Shown here: piece by piece, positions 1-12,570 of the stretch
Position numbering within the stretch: position 1 is the first letter of the stretch
Layout of the letters: each line of letters opens with the position of its first letter
Source of the DNA: Octopus bimaculoides
Lineage: Eukaryota
Direction of reading: 5' to 3'
DNA length: 64,000 nt
NCBI RefSeq assembly: GCF_001194135.2
Contig: NC_068996.1
Span: forward strand, 2,545,880-2,609,879
Position numbers and translations under genes: made by a program
The notes under the pieces: generated by a model
Database searches by the model: none
What the model was told of the DNA's origin: nothing
Seen by the model: only the letters and a program-made list of their open reading frames with translations

Positions 1-2317
1 AGCATTGAAATTAAATAAGTAAATTCAATTAAAAAATAATAAATCAAAGAAACAAAGTCAGTAAGTTGAGTGAAACAGTTGAGTTCTGCAGTAAATAAAT
101 GACAGTGTTTAGAATTCAGATGCTGCTAGAATTTTTAAAATTTTGCTTTTCTTTCTTTTTGTAATTTCCTCTTGTAACATTAAAATAAATACCATTGAAA
201 TAGAGGGATCAATTCAATACTTATACCCTTCTGTATATATATCTGGCTTTATGCTGATATAATAAATCATCATTTCAATGGAGTAACATTTTAGACTTGA
301 TTGCTTGTAAAGTCAATGTCATGGCTAAATCTTTTTTTGGAAGCTCATAAAGCTTGTCTTTCAAGTAGGCAATTCCTTTTTTAATTACAAAATTTTAGGA
401 TAGCATGACATGCTCTCCAACAAAAAATGAGGGATTGATCACAGTTACAAAACTTGTTAAGCGCTTCATTTAATTAACTACATCCACACAAGGCAAGTAA
501 AAATTTTAGCAGACAGTGTAAGCAGTAAAGTCTGCAAGGAAACCTCTGTGTAATCTTTTGATCTGTTAGAAACCCTCAAAGCAGATTCAACTGTGTTGAC
601 CCTTTCACAGCATCTTACGTGAAAGCACCAATAACACAAGATTCTCATTTTAAAATGTTATTTAAATTAAAACCTTTCATAATTTTATGTAAGAAATTTT
701 TTGTGAATTTATATTCCTAACACCAGTTTGTTAATGAAAAAGATAATTTACTTTTTTAAATTCCTACAAATGCTAGATTATTTTAAAATGACATGAAACC
801 CAAATAAGTTTATTTCATAAGAACTTTGGTCAAGAAAAAGAGTAAAATGTTAGAGGCCGTTTAATAATGTGGTCCTAGAATATGTTATGTTTAGAGTAAA
901 AAGATGCAGTTCTTATAGCTAGGACAGCTGTGAGTGGAGCTTTTCTAGGTAAGTGCTGATTTGGGTAAAACAAACAGTCATAAAAAAATGGTAAAGGAGA
1001 ATAAAGGGTCAGCAGAGCTGAGGAAGTTTTTAATGCTGAAAAGGCCAAAGTCAGATCTTGGTGAATGATGTTTTCCTCATTCACTGATTAAACTTATTAT
1101 GATTAATTATTACTGAATGATGGAAGCTCTTACAGAAAGTGGACATAATGCAGGAAGTAAGTTATTAAATGTAAAACAGAGATTCTCAAACTAGAATGTG
1201 CAAGAGTAATTGCAAGGTTGACAAAATTTGTAAAATATTGGATTTGTGAAGTCATTGTAATCAATTAAACACAACTCATTTGTCTATAAACTATATACAG
1301 TGTCTAGCTTGCTGCATTTATTGTTGGGAGCAAAGGTTTTCAGCAATACTTATAAAAGAAAGCAAATATTCTGCACCTCTGTATACTTCTATTGAAAAGG
1401 ATACAGAGGTGCATTTTTGAAACCATGTCAACAATTGAATTACTTGTTGAAAAAGTTTTGGAATTGATTTCTTTTATGGAATGATATCAGAATTTTTTTT
1501 TTTTTTTTGGTGTGTGTGTGTGTACTTGAATTAGTATTTTCTTTATTTTATCAAATCTGAAGAACGAAAGGCAAAATTAACCACAAATAATACATGTCTG
1601 TTCTGTGGCACATGGCCATTTTACACGATACTCTTTAAGCTAGATATGCCAACCATGATGAAGAGATACACTAGAAGAAAAAAATCTGAGAGCTCCTAGT
1701 CTCCTGAAACAGATTTTAATAGTAGAGCTAGTATTAAATTTAAGTTATCATAGATAAAATAAACTTTTGGATTATTTTACAGTTTCAGAATACATACTCT
1801 TTATTTTCATTGAGGTAATATCATTATCAAATAATAAGTTTTCTCAGAGTAAATTTTTTTGATTTTCAGTGAATTGCAAGAAGTTAATTTGAGTAAAATT
1901 TCTTAGGAATAACTTTCAGATTTATGTTGAGGGTTTAGAGAAGTGTATGCTTTGCTTATTCAGTAAAGAATTTGAGCTTTATGGTAGAGTCTATCAAAAT
2001 GCATTTTGGAAAACATGATTTTTGTAGTTTTGTTTTTAATATCAAAATGCTTATAAAAGCCTTCAAGAATAAATGCTTGTCAAAGCTTCTACAGTCAGGG
2101 AGCCTTGAAGTCACGGAGGGTCAAGAATTGAATGAAGAGGTCTGAAGGTATGTGTGAGAAAGCCTAACGCATAAGTCTGCTGTATCAGTTTTCAGATTGG
2201 GAAGTTACTAATATAGGCTAACGGGTCAAAAATTAGCTTACAGTTATAAAGTTAGCTATAAACAGAAATACATAAAACACTGTAAATAAAACACACTATT
2301 TTTTTTATTATTTGCAG

Positions 2318-2618
2318 AAATTTTCATTAAGGAAGTGACCATGTTTAGAATGTAGAAAAGGAGGGTGTGCTGTTATACATCATGTGTTCAGCACTTTACA
2401 AATTCACAGAAAATAGTAATAGGCATTTACTGTATATTGAAGATGATAGATGTATTCAACAAGGACTGTTGTACTTACCTGAACATGTTATTTAAATGGA
2501 TGATGTGACAAAGGACATAGTTATGCTAGTTGGGGTAGAATTAGGCCAAAGAATAACAGCTGTATATTAAGCTTTAAATTGTTATAAATATGTTATGATT
2601 GTTGTTGCTTGGCCCCAG
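2318..2618 (+). other. Candidate non-coding (5' UTR or lncRNA) exon
   Basis: Acceptor TTTTTTTTATTATTTGCAG ends 2317; donor CCAG|GTGAGT at 2619. Flanked by short canonical introns 2148-2317 (GAAG|GTATGT) and 2619-2772 (CTTTTATTTCCAG). All three frames hit stops. Confidence 0.35.
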
Positions 2619-4498
2619 GTGAGTTCTGAATGAGCATTCCAGCTGTGACCATTTCATATTTATTTCAGGCAGTGTTTCTAGGACTAGATTACCGAATATC
2701 TTGTTCTGTTTTTCTTTTTTTTTTTTTGTATGTGTGTATTATATTTGAGGGAGCTTTGGCTTTTATTTCCAGGAAGTCAAATGACCATGCAGACAGTAGT
2801 TTGCATTACAGGGTACAGAGACAACTTCCAGCTGGTTGTGAGATGAAATAATAGAAAAGGAAAATTCTATGTTCAGACCTGATGAAAAACTATGCCTTAC
2901 TTTGTTAAAAATTTATTTCCCTTATGCTACAGAAAAATCTCCATTTCAGCTTCTAAGCAAACTGACTTCACTAAAGCAGGTCACCAATAGTCTCTATTCT
3001 AATTCCATTAGTTATATATTAAAAAATCGGGCCTTATAGATGAATTAGTGCATGAAAGAAATTGTCATAGCAAGATATTGTTTTGAATATATATGTACAA
3101 TCACAGCATTGTGTATAAATTAATATATATTAAACATGTCAATGATAATGATTATGAAGATAAGGTAAAAGTTAACGATGATGATGATAACCTTTGGTTT
3201 AGTAGCTGTTGTTCAGCACTGAGCCAACACTGACCAAACAACTTTCTTGCTATTATTGGTGTTAGTGATTATTTTAATGAGACACAGTCCTAATCTTTAT
3301 AGGTGAATAGTATAGTACCTGGTAATGACTCCAGTAGATTACTGGTATTTATTTCATTAACTCACACAAATCCTTCCCAGCTTGACAAGTAAACGATACA
3401 AATAGGTATGACAGGATACTAAAAATTAAAGAAAAAAGGATCAAAACTGTTATGAGTTTCAGTTCAGTGATCAATGATCTTCCTGTTCACTTGCTACACT
3501 ATGCAATTTTGTAGGTAATAAGCTTAATCCATTGACTGGTTTAACATAATTATCATTATTACTTTGGATATCTTTAACTGAGTCTACACGGTTACAAACA
3601 TTTAATCCAGGTTTGAGGATGAATATGTCCAGCAGTCATGGAGACCTTATCCTTCCTCTGACCTAGGCATAAGAAAAATGAAATGTAACATTTGATAATA
3701 ATCAGTAAATGACATCTATCAAGCAGGTTACACATTCCTTCGATAATTATTAATTCACAACTTTGTTTATTCACTTTAATTATTTTCTTTATTCTAATTT
3801 TAAATGGTATCTATTTGTTACATAATGGTACAGTGGTAACAAGTATGTCTTTAATAGGTAAACCTCTGTTCTTTTTTACTAATTTTGTAACATCATCTCT
3901 TCACTGCAACTTAGAGAGCAAATTGCACATCATTTTCAACCCTTCTAATTGGTTGCGATTTTGATGTAATCTCTTCCCTACTTGGGCCTCTTTAATTGTT
4001 TTGCATTTCATCTCTGCCTCTTTATAACATCAATATTATGCAAATACCTGTAATGAATATATGTTTATTCTTTTATTGCATAATGTTTGTTCATTTAGTC
4101 TTTTACTGGCTTCATTTTTGTCACTGTGACCATGTAGCAGCACCATTACAAGGGTTTTTAGTTGATCATAGTACTCATTCCAATCTGCTACTTATTTTGA
4201 CCGTTTCTGATAGGGATCACTATAGAATGCCATACAATGGAGACAAGCACAGTTTGAACATGCAAAAAACACACTTTTCGCTTCATCATTTTTATGTGAA
4301 AATAATATCTCCTGAGGAAAATTATATATCATTTGAAAGTTCTGGATGTGAACTTTCTTCTCATGCGTTAGGAAGGGCATCCAGCTGTAGAAACTCTGCC
4401 AATTGGAAATATGCTGTGCGTGAGAAGACCCGGCAAGCCAAATGAGACCTAAAACTAAGGCCTCAGCCAGTCCACTTATGCGTACCTTCCTTCCTTCA

Positions 4499-4682
4499 TT
4501 GGACACTAAACTCCACTTGCAAAGACCTGTTGAGGCAAGTGAAATCGAAATTGAGTTAAATTGGACACTAAACTCCACTTGCGAAGACCTGTTGAGGCAA
4601 GTGAAATCTAAATTGAGTTAAATTGGACACTGAACTTCCACTTGCGAAGACCTGTTGAGGCAAGTGAAATCGAACTCCTTCA
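4499..4682. repeat. Three tandem copies of a 62-bp unit
   Basis: TTGGACACT starts at 4499, 4561 and 4623; units nearly identical (GAAGACCTGTTGAGGCAAGTGAAATC), no unique spacers. Confidence 0.95.
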
Positions 4683-4794
4683 TTGGACATGAAGCTCAGC
4701 TTGTGAAGATTTATTGGGGCAAGCGAAAGCGAAATCGGGATAGCAGCTGTGCCCAGCGTTGCCTTTCTGGCACTTGTGCCCGTAACATGTGTAA

Positions 4795-5024
4795 GGATTT
4801 TCGAGCGAGATCGTTGCCAGTGCCCCTGGACTGGCTCTTGTGTGGGTGGCACATAAAATACACCATTTTGAGCGTGGCCGCTGCCAGTTCCATCCGACTG
4901 GCTTTCGTAGGATTTTCGAGCGAGATCGTTTCCAGTGCCCCTGGACTGGCTCTTGTGCGGGTGGCACATAAAATACACCATATTGAGCGTGGTCGTTGCC
5001 AGTACCGCCTGACTGGCCTTCGTG
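4795..5024. repeat. Two tandem copies of a 115-bp unit
   Basis: GGATTTTCGAGCGAGATCGTT at 4795 and 4910. Confidence 0.9.
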
Positions 5025-6647
5025 CGGATGACACGTAAAAGCACCCACTACACTCTCTGAGTGGTTGGCGTTAGGAAGGGCATCCAGCTGTAGAAACTCT
5101 GCCAAATCAGATTGGAGTCTGGTGTTGCCATCCGGTTTCACCAGTCCTCAGTCAAATCGTCCAACCCATGCTAGCATGGAAAGCGGACGTTAAACGATGA
5201 TGATGATGATGATGATCCAACTGTTACATATCATGTCAGGGTCCCTCAAATACCCTGGCATTTCCTGTTTTTTCTTCTTCTTTTCGACTATTGAATGGCA
5301 GCCTTCATTTTAATTCAATGTGCTCGAGTGCCATAACTAGAGTTATGTTAAAAATAATACTGTTATGAAGAGGAAGGTTTTCACTTTAATTTGATATAAA
5401 AAAAAGATTTCATCCATTTCACTGACCATTCAAATTCTCATATTTCCTAAAACTTCACCCAAATTTCACCAGTGAAGTACCACAATGTTTCTTTTTGTAT
5501 GCTCTCCAAGAAAATGCACAGTAGAAATTATATTTAAATATTTTCAAAGATTCCTTGTGATACCTACTTTTATATATTGCACCATTAAGCTACCTTTGAA
5601 AGCAAGTTAATTGGTGTTCAGTTTCCATGAACATCCACTACTTTCAGCAGGTGTAGACACTCATGGCAGGTCTTTCAGATCACTCACTGTCTTGCAGGAT
5701 GTTCTGCTTTTGAAGTGTCCATGCTACTTGAAACATTGCATACAGCCCATTGACAAGTGAGATGCATGTGGGAGTTGCCATCATGAAAGCTAGTTCTGAA
5801 TGAGGTCTTTTGCTACCACTCAATAAGAGGCGCGAGGGAGACATTCTGACAGCCAAGATTGAGGGGAACTACTTGATGACGTTAAAGAAGCAGCTCTGGA
5901 ACAACCTGATGAATCCTTCTGAGCTAAGATGATTTAGTTCTTTTCTATATTAATTATGCTGCTTATTGTTATTACTTAAGTTTGACAGGAATCTGAGCTA
6001 AAATTTGACTACTTGTGTGGGCATTGGGTAAATTTCAAAGAAGCTCTTATATTCTGCCTTATTTTTCCCTGATCAGATAGAGTGAACTATACACTGAATT
6101 TTCATGTAGCATGTCTCCTTTAAATGGTTGATCAATTAGACTATGTTGGCATCTCAAGCTTATCGCTAATTGGCTTCATAGTCAGTTGTGTGATTTGGTA
6201 TCCATGTTGATGATAATGATTAAAACATATTAGATGTTTTCTAAGCTTGGTCCCTATTTAACAACTCTTGTTTCTACTTTTGATTGACAAGGAAATTTGG
6301 CTTGTGTTCTGTAATAATGATTATAGAATTTTGATGTTATTTCAGGCCACATTTTGGTGCTTAATGAGGAATTTAAACGCAACTCGACTGTCGCAGTTTT
6401 TTCTTTTTCATCTTTTTGTATTTTCTGTGCTGTCTTTCCTCTCATATTTACATCATGATGCTACTCATCATTTTACATCACATTTTTAAAAATTGAACCT
6501 AGCAGCGAATCTTGTTTGTGAAAATGCTAGACTATTGACCATGATATGTTAAGAAAAGTTGGCCAGTAGTAAAAAAAAGAAAAAGGAAAAAGAAACAATT
6601 AGCTATTGTTCTAGTAAACAAAAATTATTGTATTTATGCTCATATAA

Positions 6648-6810
6648 GCACAGGTGTGGCTATGTGGTAAGAAGCTTGATTTCAACCACATGGTTCTGGG
6701 TTCATTCCCACTGCATGGTACCTTGAGCAAATGTCTTCTACAGTAGCCTTGGGTCAAACATTGCCTTGCAGGTAGATATGGTGGATGGAAACTGAAAGAA
6801 GCTATGTTAG
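6648..6810 (+). mobile_element. tRNA-derived SINE family A, 5' fragment
   Basis: A-box TGGCTATGTGG, B-box GGTTCATTCC, body matching the copy at 19164. Confidence 0.7.
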
Positions 6811-6919
6811 CATAGGAACCTTTTTTTTTAAGTTGTTAGTTTCAAGGTGTTATTATAATTTTATATATTATATTATAATTCTCTGAATTATATTTAAAAA
6901 AAAAAGTATAATTATCAAA

Positions 6920-7146
6920 TAATATTGGTTTCAAATTTTGGCACAAGGCCAGTAATATTGGGGGAGGGGGTAAGTCAATAACATCAACGCCAGTACCCAA
7001 CTGCTACTTATTTTATCGACTCCACCACCCCAAAAAGATGAAAGGCAAAGTTGATTTCAGCAAAATTTGAACTCAGACCATAAAGACAGATGAAATACCA
7101 CTCAGCATTTTGTTTTCTCATGCTAACCACTCTGCCAGCTTACCAT
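6920..7146 (-). mobile_element. tRNA-derived SINE family B, diverged
   Basis: Reverse complement resembles the young copy at 42194 (TTTGAACTCAGA, GATGAAAGGCAAAG, CTGCCAGC). Confidence 0.7.
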
Positions 7147-8194
7147 CTTACATTATTACATAATATTGATATCTAATCTGAAGTGATAAAGAGAACTAAC
7201 TGCCAAAAATTGAATCATTTATCAAAAAATATTACATTTCTTTGACACTAATCTTCTGCTTTTGAATGATGCATTGTTCACTGTTACCATTATTAAATTC
7301 TTCGAATGAAATACATTTTGTCATCACTCACATTGATTAATATCCCCGTTTTATGTGTCATGTTTCTTTCCTTTTTCATAGTTATTTATTTATATTTGTC
7401 TTACCCATTCCTTTCTCCACTGTCACATCAAATCTGTTCTGTTTACTTTGTTTTAAAGGGTTTAAAAACCAATTTCTCTCAAGTTGGAGGTACAGATGTT
7501 TGTGAAATCTTAATTAAGAAAATATTATATTAATCTACAAATAATAAAGTTAAATAATCTGTAAAGCAATGATTAGTATTAAAAGAAACCTCAAAATATT
7601 CCTATGAAGTCTAACTGTAATTAAACAATGTTTCGGCATAACATTAGGTGTGGTATTAATTAATGGATTTATTGCAGACAGTATGCAGTCAAAGTCATTT
7701 TCTTGTTATCTTTTGCTGTGATAAAAAAAACCTATTCATAAACATTATTTATTGTTTGTTAGTGTATATTAGTAAAAAAAAAAAAAACAAAAGACGGTCT
7801 CTTCACATTTTGCATGTCAAATATTAAGTTAGACTAGTTTACCGTTGGTATTTTCTTTAGAGTACAACTGTGACATATTTTTAGAAATAATATTTTTGAA
7901 AATCTCACAAACTTCACACCAATGCATGCACACACACACACACACATCAGTATGTACATATTGAAAACTGTACACTGTAGGAGACTTCGTGACTGGTGCC
8001 AAAGTTTAGTCCATGATGTAAGAATGTTTTTACAGCACAACAAACTTCACTTCACAGATTAGCTCTATGTTTATTAAGTGGGGGAATAATACCACCACTG
8101 TTTTTTTCTCACATTTTTTTCCCTCTTTCTTCAGAAACAAATTCTCTACGTATCTGTTAGTTTATTCCTGGCTTGCTCTCTCAGCAAATATAGC

Positions 8195-8249
<55 letters not shown>

Positions 8250-8659
8250 AAAAAAATGTGTTTGTCTTCAATGGAAATAGTTTTTGACATTCTTTTTTAT
8301 AAGATTTGCTTCTTATTTCATTGATCTGAGAGGTGAAAGTTAAAATATCAGTTCTGATTGAAAATACAACTCAACTTTGAGAATGCTGAAAATAAATGGT
8401 CTAATGCGTGTACAGTTTAAAAATGTTCTTGTTCAGATGAAGTATGCATATATTATACAAGGTTTATTGAAATGCCATCTGTATCAAAACCAATCATTCT
8501 CTGGTTAGGCAAGCATCAGTTATTCCAGTCTCTTCTCTGTATTTACTCTGTGTGTGTGTGTGTGTGTGTGTGAAACTATTAGCCTGTGATTCATTTTTGT
8601 AACTTTCTGTAATTAAAGATAATAAAAAATATATGTACTCTTGTTTGTCCCAATATATA

Positions 8660-8830
8660 TATGTAATCATCATCATTGTTTAATGTCCTCCTTCCATACT
8701 GGCATGGGTTGGACAGTTTGATAAGAGCTGGCCAGGCAGGAGCCTATGCCATGCTTCTGTGTCTGTTTTGGCATGGTTTTTATGGCTGGATGCTCTTCCT
8801 GACACCAACCACTGTGTGCATGTATAGTGC
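8660..8830 (-). mobile_element. Short RTE-type 3' tail fragment
   Basis: CATCATCATTGTTTAATGTCC...CCATACTGGCATGGGTTGGACA is the reverse complement of the tail at 5160-5215. Confidence 0.6.
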
Positions 8831-9813
8831 AATAGCCGCAATAAGAGGTATAGTAGTATTAATAATTTTCCTTTCTATTACCATTATTATTATCATTACT
8901 GTTATTACTTTCCTACTCTTTATACACTCACTTTTCCATGATACTTCTATCATCAGAGTGATGAAATGTATCTTTGCTCACTCACTTTGACTAGTCTAAA
9001 GAAGTGGTTACATGTCATAGAAAATGTAGAGTAGCGTTTCAGTCTACCAGCCAGCCTAATCATAGCCACACACACACACACACACACTTTCGATCCATCT
9101 CTCTATCCAGCTTAAAACATTGGCTCAAGGATGCATTACTTAAGTTTCACAACTGCACCAAACAATCTTGATTGTTTTGTTTGTTTTTTTAAATAGCAAA
9201 TACTCAAATATAACTGGCAATGGAAATATTCGGCCTTTTGTTACATAACAAGTTCTCTTATTTTGTTTACGTACCTAACTATTGTGTCTGTGATCCTTTT
9301 ATGCCTGTTTTCCAATGCTGTAATAGGTAGTTACTGCTCAAGATAATTCTTATTGAGAGTCTCTGCCTTCTTAGATGGCTCCCATGTTGTCACATCTTGC
9401 TAGCGTGTTTCATGTTGTATTTGTTTTTATGACTGCATGTTCTTTCATTTACCAATAATTTTACAGAGTGTACTTGGTGCCTTTTGTCATAGTACCCTGT
9501 CATAGTAATTGTCACATCCATCACACATTACAACTAAACATTCTTTTCAACACTACACTTTTTCCACTTCTTTAGCCAACTGTTTTACTCAGTGTAGTAT
9601 GTGTGTGGCATCATAATTCTCCGCTTATTTTTCAATGCTTTCACGTGTCTTTCCATCTCACCCCATCACTCTCACACACTCACACATACATGCTATTGTG
9701 ATTAAGTGGAAAAATCTGGAATATCAAACAAAATAATGTTGATAACAATGAATATGTATGCATATAACAAATATATACTATATGTTTATATTCTTTGTTT
9801 CCTTTTCTTTCAG

Positions 9814-9924
9814 CTCGAATTGGTCATACAAAACTGAGAAAGCAAGATGTTGATGAAATGCTTAAAAAGACACCAAATAAGTCAAGAATGTCTCAGCATT
9901 TGTTCCGGTCCCTCCATAGCCAGG
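9814..9924 (+). CDS. Internal coding exon of an unidentified host gene (phase 1-1): (x)RIGHTKLRKQDVDEMLKKTPNKSRMSQHLFRSLHSQ
   Basis: Strong polypyrimidine acceptor TTCTTTGTTTCCTTTTCTTTCAG, consensus donor CAGG|GTGAGT, 111 nt (multiple of 3), open frame with ordinary amino-acid composition, no repeat similarity seen. Confidence 0.6.
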
Positions 9925-10136
9925 GTGAGTATTTAAAGAGTTTCTTGATTTGTGTATACTGTATATTATGTATGCATTCATTTGAAGGAAATCATTTACA
10001 CTTTTTGTGTATGTTTGTTTTGGAGATGAAGATGAACATGGCAAACAAATGAGAAACCCTAACAGGTGATGGAGTAGATCTTTAGCTCTGCTGGCCTCAA
10101 ATCTGTTGCATGTATTATGTAACTTTTCTCTTGTTT

Positions 10137-10167
<31 letters not shown>

Positions 10168-10169
10168 AC

Positions 10170-10990
10170 ACGGCTTCCATGTGGATGTGATGTATTTCAA
10201 CTCTGACAAAGTTGATCATGGGGTGATATATCATAAATTATGTGACCTTGGTATCACTGGAAAACTGGGAGAGTGGCTGCATGGCTTTGTGAATGACACA
10301 AGTCAGACAGCTGTAGGCACTGGTGCGCCCTCTGGGGAGACATCAGTTCGCAGTGTAGTACAGGAACCGTTACTGTTTGTGGTGGCTCTCTCAGACATGC
10401 ACTCAATTATACAGTGAGCCACTCTCATCAACTATGCAAATGATAGAAAAGTATCACATGTGGCTGAGTGCCCTCATCACACCTGGTCACATACTAAAAC
10501 TGCAAAGCAACACGAATGAAATACACAAATGGGCTGATGCAAATAACATTCAGTTCAATGCTGAGAAGTTTCAAGCACTCCACTACCAGTTCACAAACAA
10601 ACTACAATTGGAATACACAGGACCAGTGGGTAGTATAATCCCATAGTGAGTCAGTGTGACATGGTAATCTGTGTGGGTAATGACGCAACATTGCACGTGT
10701 ATTACCAAGATGGCAACACTGTACAGTCGGGTAGCTGGATGGATTCTAAGACCATTCTGAACCAGAAGAAAGGATATCATGCTATTCCTATGGAGAACTT
10801 TCATTCTCAATCATTTGGATTACTGCTCCTAACTGTGGTCACTGCAGAGCTTCCAACTGGTGGTGGAACTTGAAGCAACATAAAGAAAATTGACTGTGTG
10901 ACCCAGTTGAGTTACTAGGGGAGGCTAAAGAAACCAAAGCTCTCTACTCATTTAAGAAAATGTGTGAAAGATATGCAGTGATATAGATAT
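10170..10990 (+). mobile_element. Decayed CR1/L2-group (Jockey-group) LINE reverse-transcriptase fragment
   Basis: DKVDHGVIYHKLCDLGITGKLGEWLHGF, PLLFVVALSDM and WADANNIQFNAEKFQALHY match RT motifs; frameshifts and deletions. Confidence 0.75.
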
Positions 10991-10999
10991 TGTGGATGT

Positions 11000-11190
11000 G
11001 AGGTAAGAAACTTGCTTCCCAATCACATGATTTCAGGTTCAATTCCATTGTGTGCCTCCTTGGTCAAGTATCTTCTACTATAGCCTTGTGAGTGGATTCA
11101 AAAACTGAAAGAAGCCTGTCATAGATGTGTGTGTGTCTGTCCTCCACCACTGCTTGACAACAGGTGTTGGTGTGTTTGCATCCCCATAAC
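11000..11190 (+). mobile_element. SINE family A fragment
   Basis: GGTAAGAAACTTGCTTCCCAATCACATG...GGTTCAATTCC...AACTGAAAGAAGCC matches family A. Confidence 0.65.
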
Positions 11191-11223
11191 TCTCCTTCTC
11201 TCACCCTCTTGCTCCGAAAACAA

Positions 11224-11408
11224 CAGTGGATGCGCTGAAAAGTTCCTGGCTTTGAATAAACGAAAATACAGGAGGATCAGTTAATTAATGTGAGAGGGGA
11301 ATATTCCCCTTTCAGATTCATACAGTTTTTGTAAGCCCTGTAAAAGATCTTGTAAGGTTGGTCCTCCAACAAAGCCCTTAAAACCAGGAACTTTTCAGCA
11401 ACCCCTTG
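11224..11408. mobile_element. Tc1/mariner-type MITE (~185 bp)
   Basis: Inverted termini GCTGAAAAGTTCCTGG at left and CCAGGAACTTTTCAGCAACCCCTTG followed by TA at right; similar to the terminus of the mariner at 41398. Confidence 0.8.
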
Positions 11409-12097
11409 TATAACAGATATATAATATATATTGTGTACAGTTTCCATGCGTATAAAAGTCTGCTCATAAATCATAAGTCCATCTGTTGTTATAGCATGAA
11501 GTATATTGTAGGTATTGTACAGCAGGACCAAACATGGAATACATGGTTGTAAAGCAGGCTTCTTGATCACATAGGGGTGATGATGGTGATGGCCGAATTC
11601 AATTGTTAGAAAGAGAAATATATGTGAGAACATATACGGTTTATGAAGCTTTGTTTTCAGAAAAGTATATCATTAGACTAAGTTGCATGGTGTTATATAT
11701 ATATAACATATTAGCACTGCCTCTATTTCATATTCAAATTTATTCTCATGTATGTATTCTCCAGGCATACCAGCAGATAGTTTTCACACTCTGTGCATTT
11801 GTTGTGGACTGGCTGTATTATTCATCTCTGATTTGATTTGGGTATACAATGTTAATAAGCCACAAACATGGCAAAACATAGATATTCATCATACCTGAAT
11901 GGGATCTGGGGTGAGGTGTCTTGCCTGTGCATGGTTCTCTGGTATTTTAACACTCAGTGTTTTGAGAGAGTATTCTACATCATGTCAAATATCTTTTTCT
12001 TTTTAATAGAGATTGTGATTTGGTAATTTGGCTGCTATTATTAGCAGTTTGAGTTATTGTGTAGAATTTCCCTTGTTTGCCCCTTTTGAATAAATGA

Positions 12098-12484
12098 TGC
12101 AGACAGGGCTGTGTGGTAAGAAGCTAACTTCCCAACCACATGGCTCTGAGTTCAGTCTCACTGTGTGACACCCTGGGGAAGTGTGTTTTACCATAGCCTC
12201 GGGCCAACCAAATCTTTGTGAGTGGATTTGGTAGACAGAAACTGAAAGAAGCTTGTCATATATATGTATATGTGTGTGTATGTTTGCCCCACCTGCTATT
12301 CCTTGACAACCATTCTTGATATGTTTGGCAGTTTGGCCAAAAACCTTAGCAATTCGGAAAAAGAGTCTGATAAAATAAGTACAAAGAATAAGTCCTGGGG
12401 TCAATTTTTTTGACTGTAACCTTTTAAGGTGATGCTCCAGCATGGCTGCAGTCAAATGACTGAAACAAGTAATAAAATAAAAGA

Positions 12485-12487
<3 letters not shown>
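12098..12487 (+). mobile_element. SINE family A, near full length
   Basis: tRNA-like head, central (TA/TG) tract, 3' GGTGATGCTCCAGCATGGCTGCAGTCAAATGACTGAAACAAGTAA end. Confidence 0.85.

Positions 12488-12565
<78 letters not shown>
12487..12565. repeat. (AC)n microsatellite, about 39 units
   Basis: Directly visible. Many other (TA)n, (CA)n, (CT)n, (GA)n and (CAT)n tracts occur across the window, e.g. 14760-14808, 17781-17856, 30984-31030. Confidence 0.98.

Positions 12566-12570
<5 letters not shown>

Larger units (their letters stand above)
4367..5215 (+). mobile_element. 3' end/3' UTR of RTE-type LINE (or RTE-tailed SINE) with internal tandem repeats and (ATG)n tail
   Basis: Ends in CCATGCTAGCATGG palindrome, GGACGTTAAAC and (GAT)n. 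The same tail block sits at the end of RT-coding RTE copies at 27845-29500, 31975-32930 and at 46312-46625. Confidence 0.75.

Noticed and set aside
4499-4682. CRISPR-like array
   Set aside because: Whole 62-bp units repeat with no unique spacers, there are no cas genes, and the context is a eukaryotic LINE UTR.
4568-5141. Four overlapping ORFs of 107-158 aa
   Set aside because: They arise from GC-richer tandem repeats in a LINE 3' UTR; the same peptides recur at 27829, 46308 and 46414.
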